Translations under genes and position numbers: made by a program
From: Flaccisagitta enflata
Taxonomy: Eukaryota
Assembly (NCBI GenBank): GCA_965153355.1
Contig: OZ231126.1
Span: 24,056,001 to 24,120,000, forward strand
Reading direction: 5' to 3'
Length of the DNA stretch: 64,000 nt
The notes under the pieces: model-generated
Database searches by the model: none
What the model was told of the DNA's origin: nothing
Seen by the model: only the letters and a program-made list of their open reading frames with translations
Part shown: positions 28,433 through 44,713 of the stretch, piece by piece
Numbering within the stretch: position 1 is the stretch's first letter
Layout of the letters: the number at the start of each line of letters is the position of its first letter

Positions 28433-30290
28433 TTATGAATCCAATCCCAGCCGCAGAAGCTTTATGCGGTCTTTTGTCGCGATCTCTTCATCTTGGCGTC
28501 GAGAAACAGCCCTCCGGACATGGGCTGATGATCCCTCGACACCCATGACGCGTCCTAAACTCCAATTGTGACGAGGCAGCGTTGCGTCCATGACGACGAC
28601 CATGTTGTCGCACAGAGTCTCTCTCGGATCACCGACCATTGCTTGACGTGAAGAAGCGGCAAATAATGCGACCCTCCACGATTTCCAAAACGCATCCACA
28701 CGCGATTGCGCGCGCCTCCATTGAATCTTCGCTGAGTCGGCGTCAGAGTTGTTGACTTGTTGCGCCAGGTCCAGAGAGGCGTTGCCGGATATTGATGGAT
28801 TGAGGACGTGATTCGGTGTGAGGGCCTCATAATCATTGAATCATCACTGAGCTGTCAGAGGACGACAGTTGAGAATTCCTTCAACATCGACGACAGCAGT
28901 GTTGAAGGCATCGACGTGAAGGATGGCGCCAATAGAGATAGAAGCAAAATGGCGCTTGAAGAGACCGATGACTAGATCAGTTCTAGTCTAAAGTAGATCG
29001 GTTGAATTCTGCGATCCGCGCCTTATGATCTGCAAGCCCGATCGTCTTTACTATGACATGCCCCATGGCATCCAATCCGGTCTCTGCTAAGTCAGGTGCA
29101 GGATTGACGCGATTTGATGGAAGATTAACCGTTAGCTGATTTACGTTCTTTTTAAAGTTCTTCTGGCATCTAAAGCGCGTGTTGACGGCGCTCTTGACAG
29201 CCTGAAGACCTTCTATAATCCACACAGATTGGCGTAGTTGGCACAATGCATGCTTTGCATCCGCGTGAAAATCGTTATGATGATAATGGCGAGTTAATGA
29301 TTTCACATTCGCGTCTCTTGGCGAAGGATGAAGAAATTTAGCGTCATGTCGCGATGTCGACATTCTCCAATCGGCTGCCGACCGAGATGCGTCGTCGCCG
29401 GCGGGTTCAACGCGCCTCCTTATTCTTGATGATAAGTCCACGGCGGCTTCACCGCAAAGTTTTCCCAACTCAATTGTTCAGCAATCAGATAATGTTGCCA
29501 GCTGCATTGACTTAATGAGCTGTTTGCGCGCCTCCTCCAAGACGTCTTGCGTCTTCCGGTTTAGTAAGAGGATTCTTTGCTGCAATTGGGCAAAGGTATG
29601 TCTTTTCCTCTAACATTTTGCACGCTCTGATGTTTTCAAGAGAATAGCCCATCTCCTCTTGCGAGGCGATTGGTGATGCAAAGTCATGGTAGAAGATGCG
29701 GTCAATGTTTATCATTGAAGGTGCGGTGTCGAGGATGCGGTCGATGCTGTCTTCGTTAAGGATCACGATCATCGTTGCGTGGCGATGATAAGACGCAAAA
29801 TCTCGCCCCCTCTTCCCCGTTTTCCACACACAGTCCAACCGAACAAGCATCTGAAGCAAGTCAAGGATCCTGAAGGCCCCCGGCGGATTTCTTGAGCGAC
29901 GGCGGCGTCCGCATGCGCCGCGACAATCATCATCACCGCCTTCTCTGCTTCTAGGCACTATTTCTCTGATGTGAGGCTGGTCGGATAGTGCATGAGAAAA
30001 GGAGGAATATCCATTCACTCGTTAACAAATCACCCACCAGCGCGTCGTTGATATGGCGACATATTCCTCGTCGACCGATTGCATGGTGAATGATGCGATG
30101 AAACGATCCTCAACAGCATGACTTCCCACAGTAATCACCGTCATTTGCACTGTTTTTGCGGAATCAGAAGACTGCGAATAACACTTTAATTTGCTGATTA
30201 CGTCATGATCAGCTGTATAAAGGTCGATCTGCATATATCGTCTCTGTGCACCGAAGAATTGTTTATAATAGTCACTGGAACAATAGGACG
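28433..30290 (-). pseudogene. pol: Protease region fused to integrase remnants (RT/RNase H and part of the DDE core missing)
   Basis: ..EEKTYLCPI|AAKNPLTKPE.. junction at ~29583; HYHHNDFH..RFRCQK; GLDAMG; FWKSWRV; LPRHNWSLGRV..RLGLDS*. Confidence 0.85.
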
Positions 30291-30355
30291 GACGCGTAAA
30301 TCCGAATGAAAAAGGCGGTTGCGGCGTTGCCCGTCGCCAGCCAGTCGCCGTGGCG

Positions 30356-33300
30356 TTAGGAGAAGTGCTTCCGTTGGATAGGCTGCCTCCCGGCGGCGTC
30401 GTCGCAGGGCGTTAGTGCTGCTGCAGCCGCATCCTCTGACTTTTGAAGGTAAGCGGTACTATTTCCCTGCTTATTTTCTCCTTTCTTCTCTTCCTTTTCT
30501 TCTTTCTTGCAGGTGCGCCCGTAGAGAATAGTCGCGTGCCGCTTCTTGCAGGTCTGGCAAGTTGGTCTGTTCGCGCCCCCTTGGGCGTTGTGTCCTGGCG
30601 CGAGGCAGTGGAAACAAGGACGTCGAGACATGATCTTCTGAACTCTCGCGTCCACTTCCAACTCCAACAACTGATGACACTCTTCCGTTTGATGCATTCC
30701 ACTGCAGACGTTGCAGCGGTCCGTCGACTGCACTTTTTTTGCTTTGCCATTGGTCGAAGCATCCTCATATGATGATGGCGCCTCTTTTTCTGTTGTTGCG
30801 ACTGCTGCCATGATAACATTTTGCGGCTTGCGCCTTTGTTGCGCTGAATCACCGCCCATGTCTCAATCATATCAGAACCAAATTATCGAATGAAAATAAT
30901 TGTCCATTTTGGGCAGCTTCATGTTGCTTTTCCCAGAATTTATCTGCAAGATGAGGGACCCTCTTAATGAGATCTCCTGCAGCAGCTCGTCACGATAACA
31001 GTGCCCTCTCCTGCAAGTCCTATATCTTCTTTGCTGCAACCTTGCACCGAACAAGTTGAAATGCCTTGCATAGTCGGCCGACTGGATCTTAGCCTCGGCA
31101 GCGATTTCGTTGAACAGCGCCGCAATGTTGCGGCGCCTTGCCATCAAAGGCAACGTCCATTTTCGCGGCGTCGTCAATCTCTCCTCTTGCTGTAAAACTG
31201 GTGCATCAAGCGTCGCAGTTTCAATGATCTCCTTTGCCGGACCAACTGACCACTTAAGCAATTCCAATAAGATGTCCATTTGCGTCAGAAGCCTTCATGC
31301 TTTTCAGCATCTTTGAACTTCTCTTCCATCATGAAATGGGTGGATAGAAAGCTCCTGCAGAGGCTTATCACGTCTTGCTCTCTCCAACACTTTGAGGCCA
31401 ACCTCCCTTGCTCGCATATAATCGTTGTACGCCGCCCTCTCCAAGAACATGTCCAGAGCCGGATTGTTGGGCATCTGTACATGAACTTCAGGTTGACGAG
31501 CTACTTGATGAAGCTCCACCTGATGATACGCTGGGTCTTGTTGGGTAAGGGCGTAGTGTTTTCCGACTTTGACCGGAGATCTCTTTTTGGTAGTTTTCAC
31601 ACTCCACCCAACCTCTTCTTGCTGATTCATTTGTTGTTGTCGATCATCTCGATGGAATCGGGGAGCATCAAAATCTTGGCGGGCGTACTGTGCTAGCTGT
31701 TGTTGTTCTTCTTTTCGTTGTTTTTCTTCTTCTCTCGCTGCGGCAAGTCAAGTCTCTCTGCTGAATCTGCATCCTCAATATCCACTTCTTATAGCGTTGA
31801 TTCTGCTAGATGACTTCCGCTTGTTGTTGCTAGAGCGCTGCGCTTCTTGCAGCGCCTTTGGCTGCAATCCACTCATTGTCTTCTTTGGAGACTTTTCTTC
31901 TCTCTCCTTATCCTGCAGCTGCTGTGCCAACTTCGCGTCAGCGCCCACCTGCCTCTGCCTCCTGCGCATCCAACCTCATTGCATCACCCCTCCGCTTCGG
32001 CTGTGTTGAACCTTTTCTCTTGTGAGAAGTCAGTCCCTTCTAGCAGAACCAATCTGCTTCTCAGAGATCACCTCCAGTGCGGTAGGGAGAATGGTTGCCG
32101 CTGGGGTTTGATGATGCTGATACTGATGCTGTTGCAGTTGTTGAAACCGTTGCTGCTGCCACTGTTGATGTTGAAGCTGCTGCTGCTGGTCAGGATGCTG
32201 TTGCTGCTCATTCTGCTGCTGCCGGTGTTGCTGTCGCTGTCCTTGCTGCTGCTGCTGCTCCACCTGTTGCTGCTGCTGCATCGGCTGCTTAACGGACGTT
32301 TCCACTGGCTGCACATGACGTTGCTGTAAGTTCAAATTGAAAATAGATCGACGGTCCTTTGATGGATGCTGCGGCTGCTGCTTGTCCAGCTCAAGACAGT
32401 TATCCTAAACACATCTCGCTGCTCTAAGCTCAATGCACGCCACGTCGTTCAGAGCTATTCAATGCCTTGGTTGCATCTCTGCATGCTGAATACTCTGTCT
32501 CCTATCTTCATCTACAGCTGTGCTGCTGGCGAAAATTACACATTCGTAAGTATAACTCTGTCTTCTTGCTTGATGAAGGAAGCCAGCTCTGTTGAATCCC
32601 AATAGCACCATGATCGGCGCCTTTGGGGCTGTTGCTGCACCACCACCTTCACCTTCAGCCATCATGCGCAGTCGTTGTTCTGCAAGGCGTTGCTGTCTCG
32701 CTTCTTCTGTCTCCTCACTAACATTCATGCTTTCGACAGGATGATCATTTGACGCTGGAGGGTCCACTACCACCGCTGGGATGGCGGCGGGAAGGTTGCT
32801 ATTGTTGCTACGGTGCTGTGCATACGTTCTCCTGCATCATTTTGCCGCTGTTATTGTTGTTCTTGCGGCTGCGTTGCTGGTTGGCGTTTTTGCAGCTCTT
32901 GTTGTTGTTGCTGTTGTTGCTGAAACAGCAAATCTTGTTGGTACTGTTTTTGCTGCTGCTGTTGTTGCTGCTGTTGATCGTTTTGTTGCTGTTGTTGATC
33001 CACATGTTGTGGCATACGCTGCAGATCTGATATTTGATCTTGCTGCGAAATTGTTGGAAGTTATTGCAACTGCTGCTGCAACATCTGCTGCTGCCCGTTG
33101 AGCCACATCGTTGCTGCTGCTCTGTGAGTCGGGTCAGAGTTGACATTGCTATTTAGGTTATTTGCTGCTGCATCTTACGGTGATGCTGCTGCTGTTGCTC
33201 CTGTTGCTGTCGCTGCTCCTCCCCTCCCGTTATTGCTACTGCATATCGTTAATCAACTGACGGCCTTGTCGCATTTCCTCCTCCAGCTGTCTATCCCATC

Positions 33301-33639
33301 TGTCTCTCTCCTGCCTCTCCTGTTGAGAAACCAAGCGTCGCCTCGCCCTCTCCTGCGGCGTTAATCCGTTGATGACCCCACGACCTCTTGCGAGAGCATC
33401 GGCGTCGTCGAGATCCGCAAGCATGTCGTCAGCTTGCTCCATCGGAGACGCGCGCGCGCAGGTTCGATTTCCGAGACCAGATCTGGGCCCACTGATTGGC
33501 AGCATCTCACTCTTTGGATGGCGACGGAGTGCAGAATTGACCGCCAATTTGAGTGCGCACCATGTCGAGGGCCGGAAGTGGCAAATATTAGGATCCGTCG
33601 GGGTTTGGCGACGACGTTCGCATCCTTGGGGTTGGAGCG
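30356..33639 (-). pseudogene. gag: 5'-truncated, frameshifted gag of copy 2
   Basis: Zinc knuckles in ORF 30356-30859; MDILLELLKW; poly-Q; ASPMEQADDMLADLDDADALARGRG as in copy 1. Confidence 0.85.
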
Positions 33640-37087
<3,448 letters not shown>

Positions 37088-38480
37088 TTTCCTCCCTCTC
37101 CAACCACTTCTTAGTGTCCTCAATCTCCCCCTCTTTTCCTGCCATTCTCTTTCTCCAAATGTTGGAACCAATGCAAGATCTTTTTTTTCTGCTTTTGGCC
37201 TTTTGCTTGGTCCCATTTTCGGGTTCGGGGTGCACGTGTTTGGTGCCCTCTGTGTTTCTGAACATGTGCACGTGCTTCATGCTTTTCCTTCTTCTGTGCT
37301 CTCGCTCTGTGATTTTTGTGTGTTATGAAACGTGCATGTTTGGGTTATCATGGTTCAGCTTTTAGTTTTCCTCTTTCCTCTTTTTTCTTCTCCGCTTTTT
37401 CTTCTTCTTCAATCCTCCTCCTCTGCTTCTACAATCTGCTTTCACATTATTCTTTTTTTCTTTTTCTTTTTCTTTTTCTTTTTCTTTTTCTTTTTCTCTT
37501 TCTTTTTCTTTTTCTTTTTCTCCTTTTTCTTCTTCTTCTTCTACATCCACTCTCTTTTCCAAGTCTGATGCTAATGTGCCATTCGTATTTTGTCTTTTTT
37601 CAGCAAATGGACGTTTTTCTGATTTCTTTGGGCTCCATTTTCATTCGAAATCCATTACGATGTGATTTGATTTAGAAAGGAAAGAGAAAAGGACAACGAT
37701 AAATGCGAAAAGGGTCGGAAAAAGGAAAAAAGAAAGAGAGAAAGAATAAAAAAAAGTTTGAATTTAGAAATCGCAGAGAATGCAATGGGACAAAGTGAAA
37801 AGAGGAGGGGAAAAAAGAAATTCTGTTGAAAGGGGAGAAAGGGAGAATGGAATTGAAAAGGAAAAAAAAAAGAAGACAGATGAAGATTTTTTTAATCAGG
37901 GCAAGTTTCTTTTTTTTTAATACGTTCAGTCCTTTTCTCCTCTACGCCGAGTGATTATCCATTATGACTAAACCGTTGTTTTTGGCGCCGGGAAATAGGC
38001 GCAGGTTTGCATGTCATGACTGGTGTCCGCTGCGCTGATGTTTCCGAGTCTCCGCCGTAATCGTCATGATATCAGCGTTCACTGATGAAACCCGGTCTAC
38101 CAGTGCTTTCACGCTCAGGGAGAAAACATGATAATGGTGTTTTTTTTTTGCGAATAAACCACTATTAACATGATTTCTTCCTCGATCAGCGTTTGTTGTT
38201 TATTGTCTTCAATGTCGATTGTACGTGTGGTAAACCAATTTTTCTTCACTGCAACTGGTTATCATAATGCAAAGCGCTACTTTCTGTCTTCTTCAGTTAT
38301 TGTATATCCTCTTTTTTTCTTTGCCAAATTATTTTCTGTTCTTCATCTGAAAATCTAGACTTGCTCGTTAACCTGCTTTCTCACATTTGTATTCAAAATT
38401 ATCAGTAATATACATAGATGTACAGTAAAGGTTCGTTACACTGGTTTCTGAGTATCTCCTCCCACAAACGCTCCCCTTTG

Positions 38481-38785
38481 CTCCCTCGCCTCAGCTCAAA
38501 CTACCCTCTTCTCTACCTCATCTTGCCTCCTCCAAATTGTTAGTCCTTTCCTCCCTCGCCCCACCTCAATCCGCCCTCTTATCTACCTCATCTCACTCCC
38601 TCCAAATTGTTCGTTCTTTTCTTCACTCCCCTGCCTCAATTCATTCTACTCTTTTCTCGACCTCATCTTACCCCCTCCAAATGGTTAGTCCTTTTTTTCA
38701 CTCCCTCGCCTCACCTCAAACTACCCTCTTCTTTACCTCACCTTACCCCCTCATAACTGTTCGTCCTTTTCTTTACTCCGCCCCA
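38481..38785. repeat. ~70-75-bp tandem repeat, about 4 copies
   Basis: CTCCCTCGCCTCACCTCAAACTACCCTCTT... recurring at ~38481, 38551, 38625 and 38701. Confidence 0.8.
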
Positions 38786-40056
38786 AAGTCATTTTCTTTT
38801 TCCAATTTCAGCTTTCGTCTTCAATCAAGCTTCTTTAGTTCTTCGCAACTCGAAAGGAAAATCCTGATTAAAACTTCTTCTTTTTCTCTATCTCCTTCTT
38901 TCCTTCTTCTTCTTTCCTTCTTCTTCTTTCCTTCTTCTTCTTCTTCTTCTTCTTCTTCTTCTTCTTCTTCTTCTTCTTCTTCTTCTTCTTCTTCTTCTTC
39001 TTCTTCTTCTTCTTCTTCTTCTTCTTCTTCTTCTTCCTTTCTCTGCCTTTTTCTCGCTTACAAGCCGATGACACCAGTTTTTAAGCCTTTGTATACGCTC
39101 ACCCTTGTGAATAGCGGAAAGAAAAAGCGATAAGGAATCGAGACAGGGCAAGGGTTTGGGTGAAAAGGAAGAAGAGTTAAAATCGTTACCTTAAAATTGG
39201 CACCATGAAACTCAATTTTGTTTATTATTCCTCACTTGATTTAGGACATAGATTCATGATATTCATGATGTCCACAACGTTCACATTACTAAAACAAGGT
39301 CTAACTAGCCACAATGTGTGGCTGGTGATTCGGCATGCGAATGTGTTATAAGCAGACTGACAAAGACATGGATTGACGGATATGACCTTAGATGTGATTT
39401 AGTCAAAAAAGAAAAAAAAACTATGACGAAAGAAAAAAGTCAGTAAACAAATAGGAAACGGGCGAAAACAGCAAACTGCATCTCAAGAAAGGTTAAAAAC
39501 AGCTATCACAGATTGTATTGATTTGTTGTGTAAATGGTACAAGAATGAACATACATCTTCTTCAAAACGAACGCTTTATGGAGAGTGAGAAGCCTTTTGA
39601 TCACATCAATAGCGCTGGTCGCGCATTGATCTCGAAGACAGTGTTGGTATGTGAGCCTCGCTACAGCTTTTTGTCATAACGTTGGCATCGTCGTTGTTGT
39701 GGGTACGTTGATCTGGTTGCCGATGTTAGCCCGTTTCTCCAGTTGGTGTTGTTCATGTGCTGGCGTGTTTGCCTTACTAGAACTGTTGTTGGTGCGTTGG
39801 CAGTGAGGTTGGAAATGGTTCGGCGCCTTTTCTCCTTTTTCTTGTCTCAACGGCGTTGGTTTTCTGTCTGTGACGGAGGCGTCGATGGCGACTCAAAGTC
39901 TGAGAGCAAAAAAAGAAAAAGGAAAAAGAAAAAGAGAGAAACTCTAAAAGGAAAAAAAGAAAGAGAAAAAAGAAAAAAAAAAGTCGAGAAACTCGAGAAA
40001 CTCAACATAAGTTGATGACTTTCTTCTGGAGCAAAACATTGGGAAAGACACAGAGA

Positions 40057-40102
<46 letters not shown>

Positions 40103-40628
40103 TTCGAGTTTCTAGATTTGCTAAAAGATAGCACAAATCTAAGTTTTGTAGTATGGATAGTTTTCAAACAAAATGGAGTATTGTTCATCACAGCTGCATT
40201 ACAAAAACAGGATAGACAGAACCAACCAGAGTAAATGAACTTTTCAAAACCAATGAGACTTGCAATGAAAGCATAAATGTTAAAGAAAGGAAGAGTGACA
40301 AAGAGATGAAGAGACCGAAGATACGGAGAGACAGACAGATAGACAGATAGACAGATAGACAGATAGACAGATAGACAGATCGACAGATAGACAGATACAT
40401 ATCGTTGGAAAGATGAGGGAAATGTTTGAAAAGGAGGAAAAGTCTTAAAAGAGGAGGAGTAAAGCGTGAAAATAAAAAGTGTTTATGGTGAAAAGAAACT
40501 CAAAAGAGTCACAAAAATCGTAAAACATTTTTTCTCTTTTCTGTTCTCGTCTGACAATTGTCAAAAGAAGTCGACAACCGCCTACTTATCTCTAACTCTC
40601 TCTTTGTATCTTTGTCTCTTTGTCTCTT

Positions 40629-40721
<93 letters not shown>

Positions 40722-40965
40722 TTGTCTCTTTGTCATTTTGTCTCTTTGTCTCTCTGTCTCTCTGTCTCTTTTTCATTTTGTTACTTTGTATCTTTTTCTC
40801 TTTGTCTCATTGTCTTTTTGTCTCTTTGCCTCTTTGTCTCTTTGTGTCTTTTTCTCTTTGTCTCTTTGTGTCTTTGTCTCTTTGTCTCTGTCTCTCCGGG
40901 AACTCTACTGTATCTTTGCGATTGTCTCTCAGCGCGCGTGAGTCTGTCTTTCTCTGTCTATCTGT

Positions 40966-41167
<202 letters not shown>

Positions 41168-42267
41168 TCTTTCTCTTGCTCTTGTCTTTGTAAATTTATT
41201 TCCGTTCAACTTCCTCACCAAAATGGTGGAAATCTTTTTCAGAGCTCAATGTTTTTTCAATCTGTTCTTGACTGGTGTCACGCTTAGCCGACCTTGGACG
41301 GGATGAAATTCACAAATTTTACATGTTTGAAAATTGAACAAAACCATGCATCATCACGTAGCTTACCAATTTTTACATATGAATCCATTCTTGGATTTTC
41401 TTAAGTAAGCTCATTTTTCATGCAAATTAGGCTTAAATAGATATTGTTGGATATTTTATTACTAGAAAATTTAGCAAAATACAATAAAGAAATCAATATG
41501 ACAGTTAAATTCTTATTGATAACGTTCAAGCAAACATGTGTGATCATGTTTCTGAAATTTTTTTGAATTCTTTTAGTTTTATAAAAAAATCTCTATAAGT
41601 ACCATTTCTGGCTGGGTGGACTGTTGTTAGGAAAAAAATTTTTACCAAGCTCTGTTTCATGCCAGTGACGAGGAATCTTAAAAGGAAGTTTCATGCAGAA
41701 ATTCAACCAGATTGGACAATTATTTTAGAAGTTATGCAATTTTTTCATTTTTTCATCTGGTAGGCTGGTTGGTCTGGTTGGACTGCTCGACATTCTTTAG
41801 GTCGCATCAGATTTTAGGCGAAGGAGCCTCTTGATCCAGATACCAACCATGCAAAATTTCATTGGGCTAGCTCAAATAGTTCCTGAGATAAGCAAATTTG
41901 AATTTTGAGAAATTTTACCAAACTAAAACTTAAAAGCATCGCGCATTTGTGTGAGAAGTGCTGTGTGGAAACAAAGAATTAACTACGAGGCTTGGTCGGC
42001 GAGCATTACAATTCAATTCTTATTTTTGTAGTGATCAACTTTGGAATTTCACTGTGACCAAACGTGAAATGAAATACATGTGTTTCTCTGGGTATCTAGT
42101 CTACGCGAGTACAATTGTTATCAATTATCTTTCGAGATGGATTGCAAGTAAGCCAAAAATCCTACATAGAGTAGTAAAAACAGAATGGATAAAGGCAAGA
42201 TTACAAGGTACTGTTTTCAAATTTGGTGATGTCTTTTGTTTTACTGACTTTCTAAGCGGGTTTTTAT

Positions 42268-42351
42268 TTAGGGTTAGGGGTAGGGTTAAGGTTAAGGTTG
42301 GGGTTGGGGGTGGTTTTAGGGTTAGGGTTAGGGTCAGAGCTAGCGTTAAGG
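42268..42351 (+). repeat. Degenerate (TTAGGG)n tract
   Basis: Several exact TTAGGG units plus variants. Confidence 0.75.
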
Positions 42352-43449
42352 CAAGGTGAGAGCTGTGTTAAATACATTTCAACCCGAATCTACTCAAATT
42401 AAAGCTTCGTCCAAACGGGAAAACCTGATAGAAACAAAAGATCAGTATCGTCTTCAAAATTTTTTTCCAGATTACAATAACAGTGTGATAATAAAGTGCA
42501 AGGGAAATCCACTTTTGTTGTTGGAAGCTTGAAAGCTGCAAACCAGATAAGAAACGGATCGGTTTAGATTGTGGACTAAAACAATGAAAGATGATATCAG
42601 AGTTTCTTGAAAAAGATCCTCCTCCCGTCATCCAGCTCCGAACAGCCAACTTGTCGAGAGTTGAAGGCGCACGGAAGGCATGGCAACACGGACACCATCA
42701 TGAGCGGCACCGAGAAGTTAAGAGTTGAAATTATAAGTGCAAGTACAGAATTTGACCTTCTTTCCCATCATGAAGATGATTTTTTCATCACTTATGTTAC
42801 TTTGCCGTGGCATAGTATGAATCATAGTGTGACACAAGTGTGACAGCTACAACAAGGAGCACCTCTGAATTGTAACGCATAAGGAAAATGTTCATTTCTC
42901 TAGATTGAAATGGAAAAAATCCTTGAAAATCGGAGGATAGGTCCTTCAACTAGTCCTTAATGCAATGAAAAAAGAAAAAGTGCTTAATGTTTGATTAAAG
43001 ATAGGCCTACAAAAAAAACGTCTACCTAACTCATTTCTTGTAAAAAATGACAGAAAAATTAAGGGGAAGAGTATTATAATTCAAATTCATTTTTTGTCAT
43101 CTTGCAGGTGAAATATTGAATTCAAACTTTCTAGACATATCAATGGATTGATAGTGATTGCTTACAAGCTATTGGATGACCCCGTTGACATTTTTTGATT
43201 GGTTAAACTTGCATTTTGCTTGCAGGGACAAAATCGGGACAGGCCAAAATAGACCCTTCTACCCCTGTTTTGGACCCCATAGGGGCAGCCGGTGTGGCAA
43301 AAAATGGTTTGGTATGGCACACCAGATAGTTAGGTATGTCACCCAACCTTTATGACCTTATGCAATTAAGCAAAAGAAGCGATGACACCTCTTCAATGGT
43401 GGAGAGTCAGGGTTTTTCGCGCGCATGACGAAACTCGGAATTAACCTCG

Positions 43450-43641
43450 TTTTAGTCACGGACACGTGACTCTACATGCTGCTGTGTCCGTTGGTCTGTC
43501 AGTCCATCGATCCGTCGATCCGTTGGTTGTTGAAATGCGAACGTTTTTTTTAGTTTTGTATCAATGTCCCTGCCCAACCATCTGCGATTGTGTTTACATT
43601 ACTGCCTCTGCCCAACCAACCTCCGTGTATCTCGCCTTCTT
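43450..43641 (+). mobile_element. Degenerate HINE-like element, family 1
   Basis: TTTTAGTCACGGACACGTGACT hairpin, GTCY repeats, CCGTGTATCTCGCCTT end. Confidence 0.55.
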
Positions 43642-43898
43642 TTTTTTTTTTTTTTTTGTTTTTTTTTACTCAAACTCCACATGCTTTACTGTTATGTTTA
43701 GTAGTTTACTCTATTTCACTTTCCACTTCTTTCTTCTTATTTCGTCGTGTTCCCCTCACCAATTTATTGTATTTTCGCAACTCTTTTTTTTTGTTACGTC
43801 AATCCATTTTTCAAAATGAGTTTGTGTAACGAATAATCTAGTTTGAATTTTTTTCTTAAATTCTTTCTTTCTTTTTTATTATTCTTTCTTTTTTTTTT

Positions 43899-43946
<48 letters not shown>

Positions 43947-44525
43947 TGTTTGTTTGTTTGTTTGTTTGTTTGTTTGTTTCTTTCTTTCTTTCTTTCTTTC
44001 TTTCTTTCCTTCTTTCTTTCTTTCTTTCTTTCTCCCTTTCTCTATTCATTTCTTTCTTTCCCTTCTTGTTTTCTTCCTCCATACGTTGATATTCCCATTT
44101 AACTCCCTTGATCTTTTTAACTCATTATTCTTTATCTTCATTTGCTTAGTCCCACGATATTTTCCACACTATCTTCATTTACATACATACACTCATCTTC
44201 TCTCCCCTGAGCCCAGCGCCATCTCCCCATATCCCACCCTCGTATATACATGAATCTAGATCCTGTAAAGTTTTTGCGAGTTAAACAGAGAAATGAGGAA
44301 AAAATGAGTTTTGTGTCCTTGGTTCTGATATGCTGGGAAATTTCCGTTTATATCTTCGACCTTGATGAAGAAGGGAAAATGAAACTCGGACGTTCTTCCG
44401 GAGAATCTCCATCGTCCAGTTGAGAGCGTCAGGCTGATTACTGCTTTTACTTTGGGCGTGGTTCCAGTGATGATGACAACCGCGTTCATAACCATTGATC
44501 GCGTTTACAACGTGAACACATATTT

Positions 44526-44713
44526 AACAAGGGCCAACACCTTTAAGTCGCGTGCTGCCGTCAAGACTAAAAGACAAAATATGAAATGACTTAAAATGAC
44601 TCAAAACGACGTAAAATGGCGAAAAAAAGCTAAGTGTTACAGACCGACGGACTGACAGACCGCCTGACAGACGGACAGAGTGGGTCATAGAGTCGCATGC
44701 ATGCGACTAAAAA
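44526..44713 (-). mobile_element. HINE-like element, family 1 variant
   Basis: AACAAGG..AGTCGCGTG ... GACG/GACC repeats ... AGTCGCATGCATGCGACTAAAAA. Confidence 0.6.

Larger units (their letters stand above)
26395..33639 (-). mobile_element. BEL/Pao copy 2: inverted, circularly permuted, internally deleted
   Basis: In its own sense it matches copy-1 positions ~11167 to 21948 (three large gaps), then one LTR, then copy-1 10601-10665 (leader and ATGGCAGCCG). Confidence 0.88.

Noticed and set aside
38078-38125. CTGATGA hammerhead-ribozyme core
   Set aside because: No stem II followed by GAAA and no consistent stems I and III.
41280-41940. AT-rich stretch resembling a DNA-transposon interior (also ~61530-62900)
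   Set aside because: Could not define TIRs or TSDs, so not annotated.
44256-44495. Cadherin-like motif IKVEDINGNFP in a 79-aa minus-strand ORF
   Set aside because: DINGN is not DxNDN, the other cadherin motifs are absent and no clear splice boundaries were seen.
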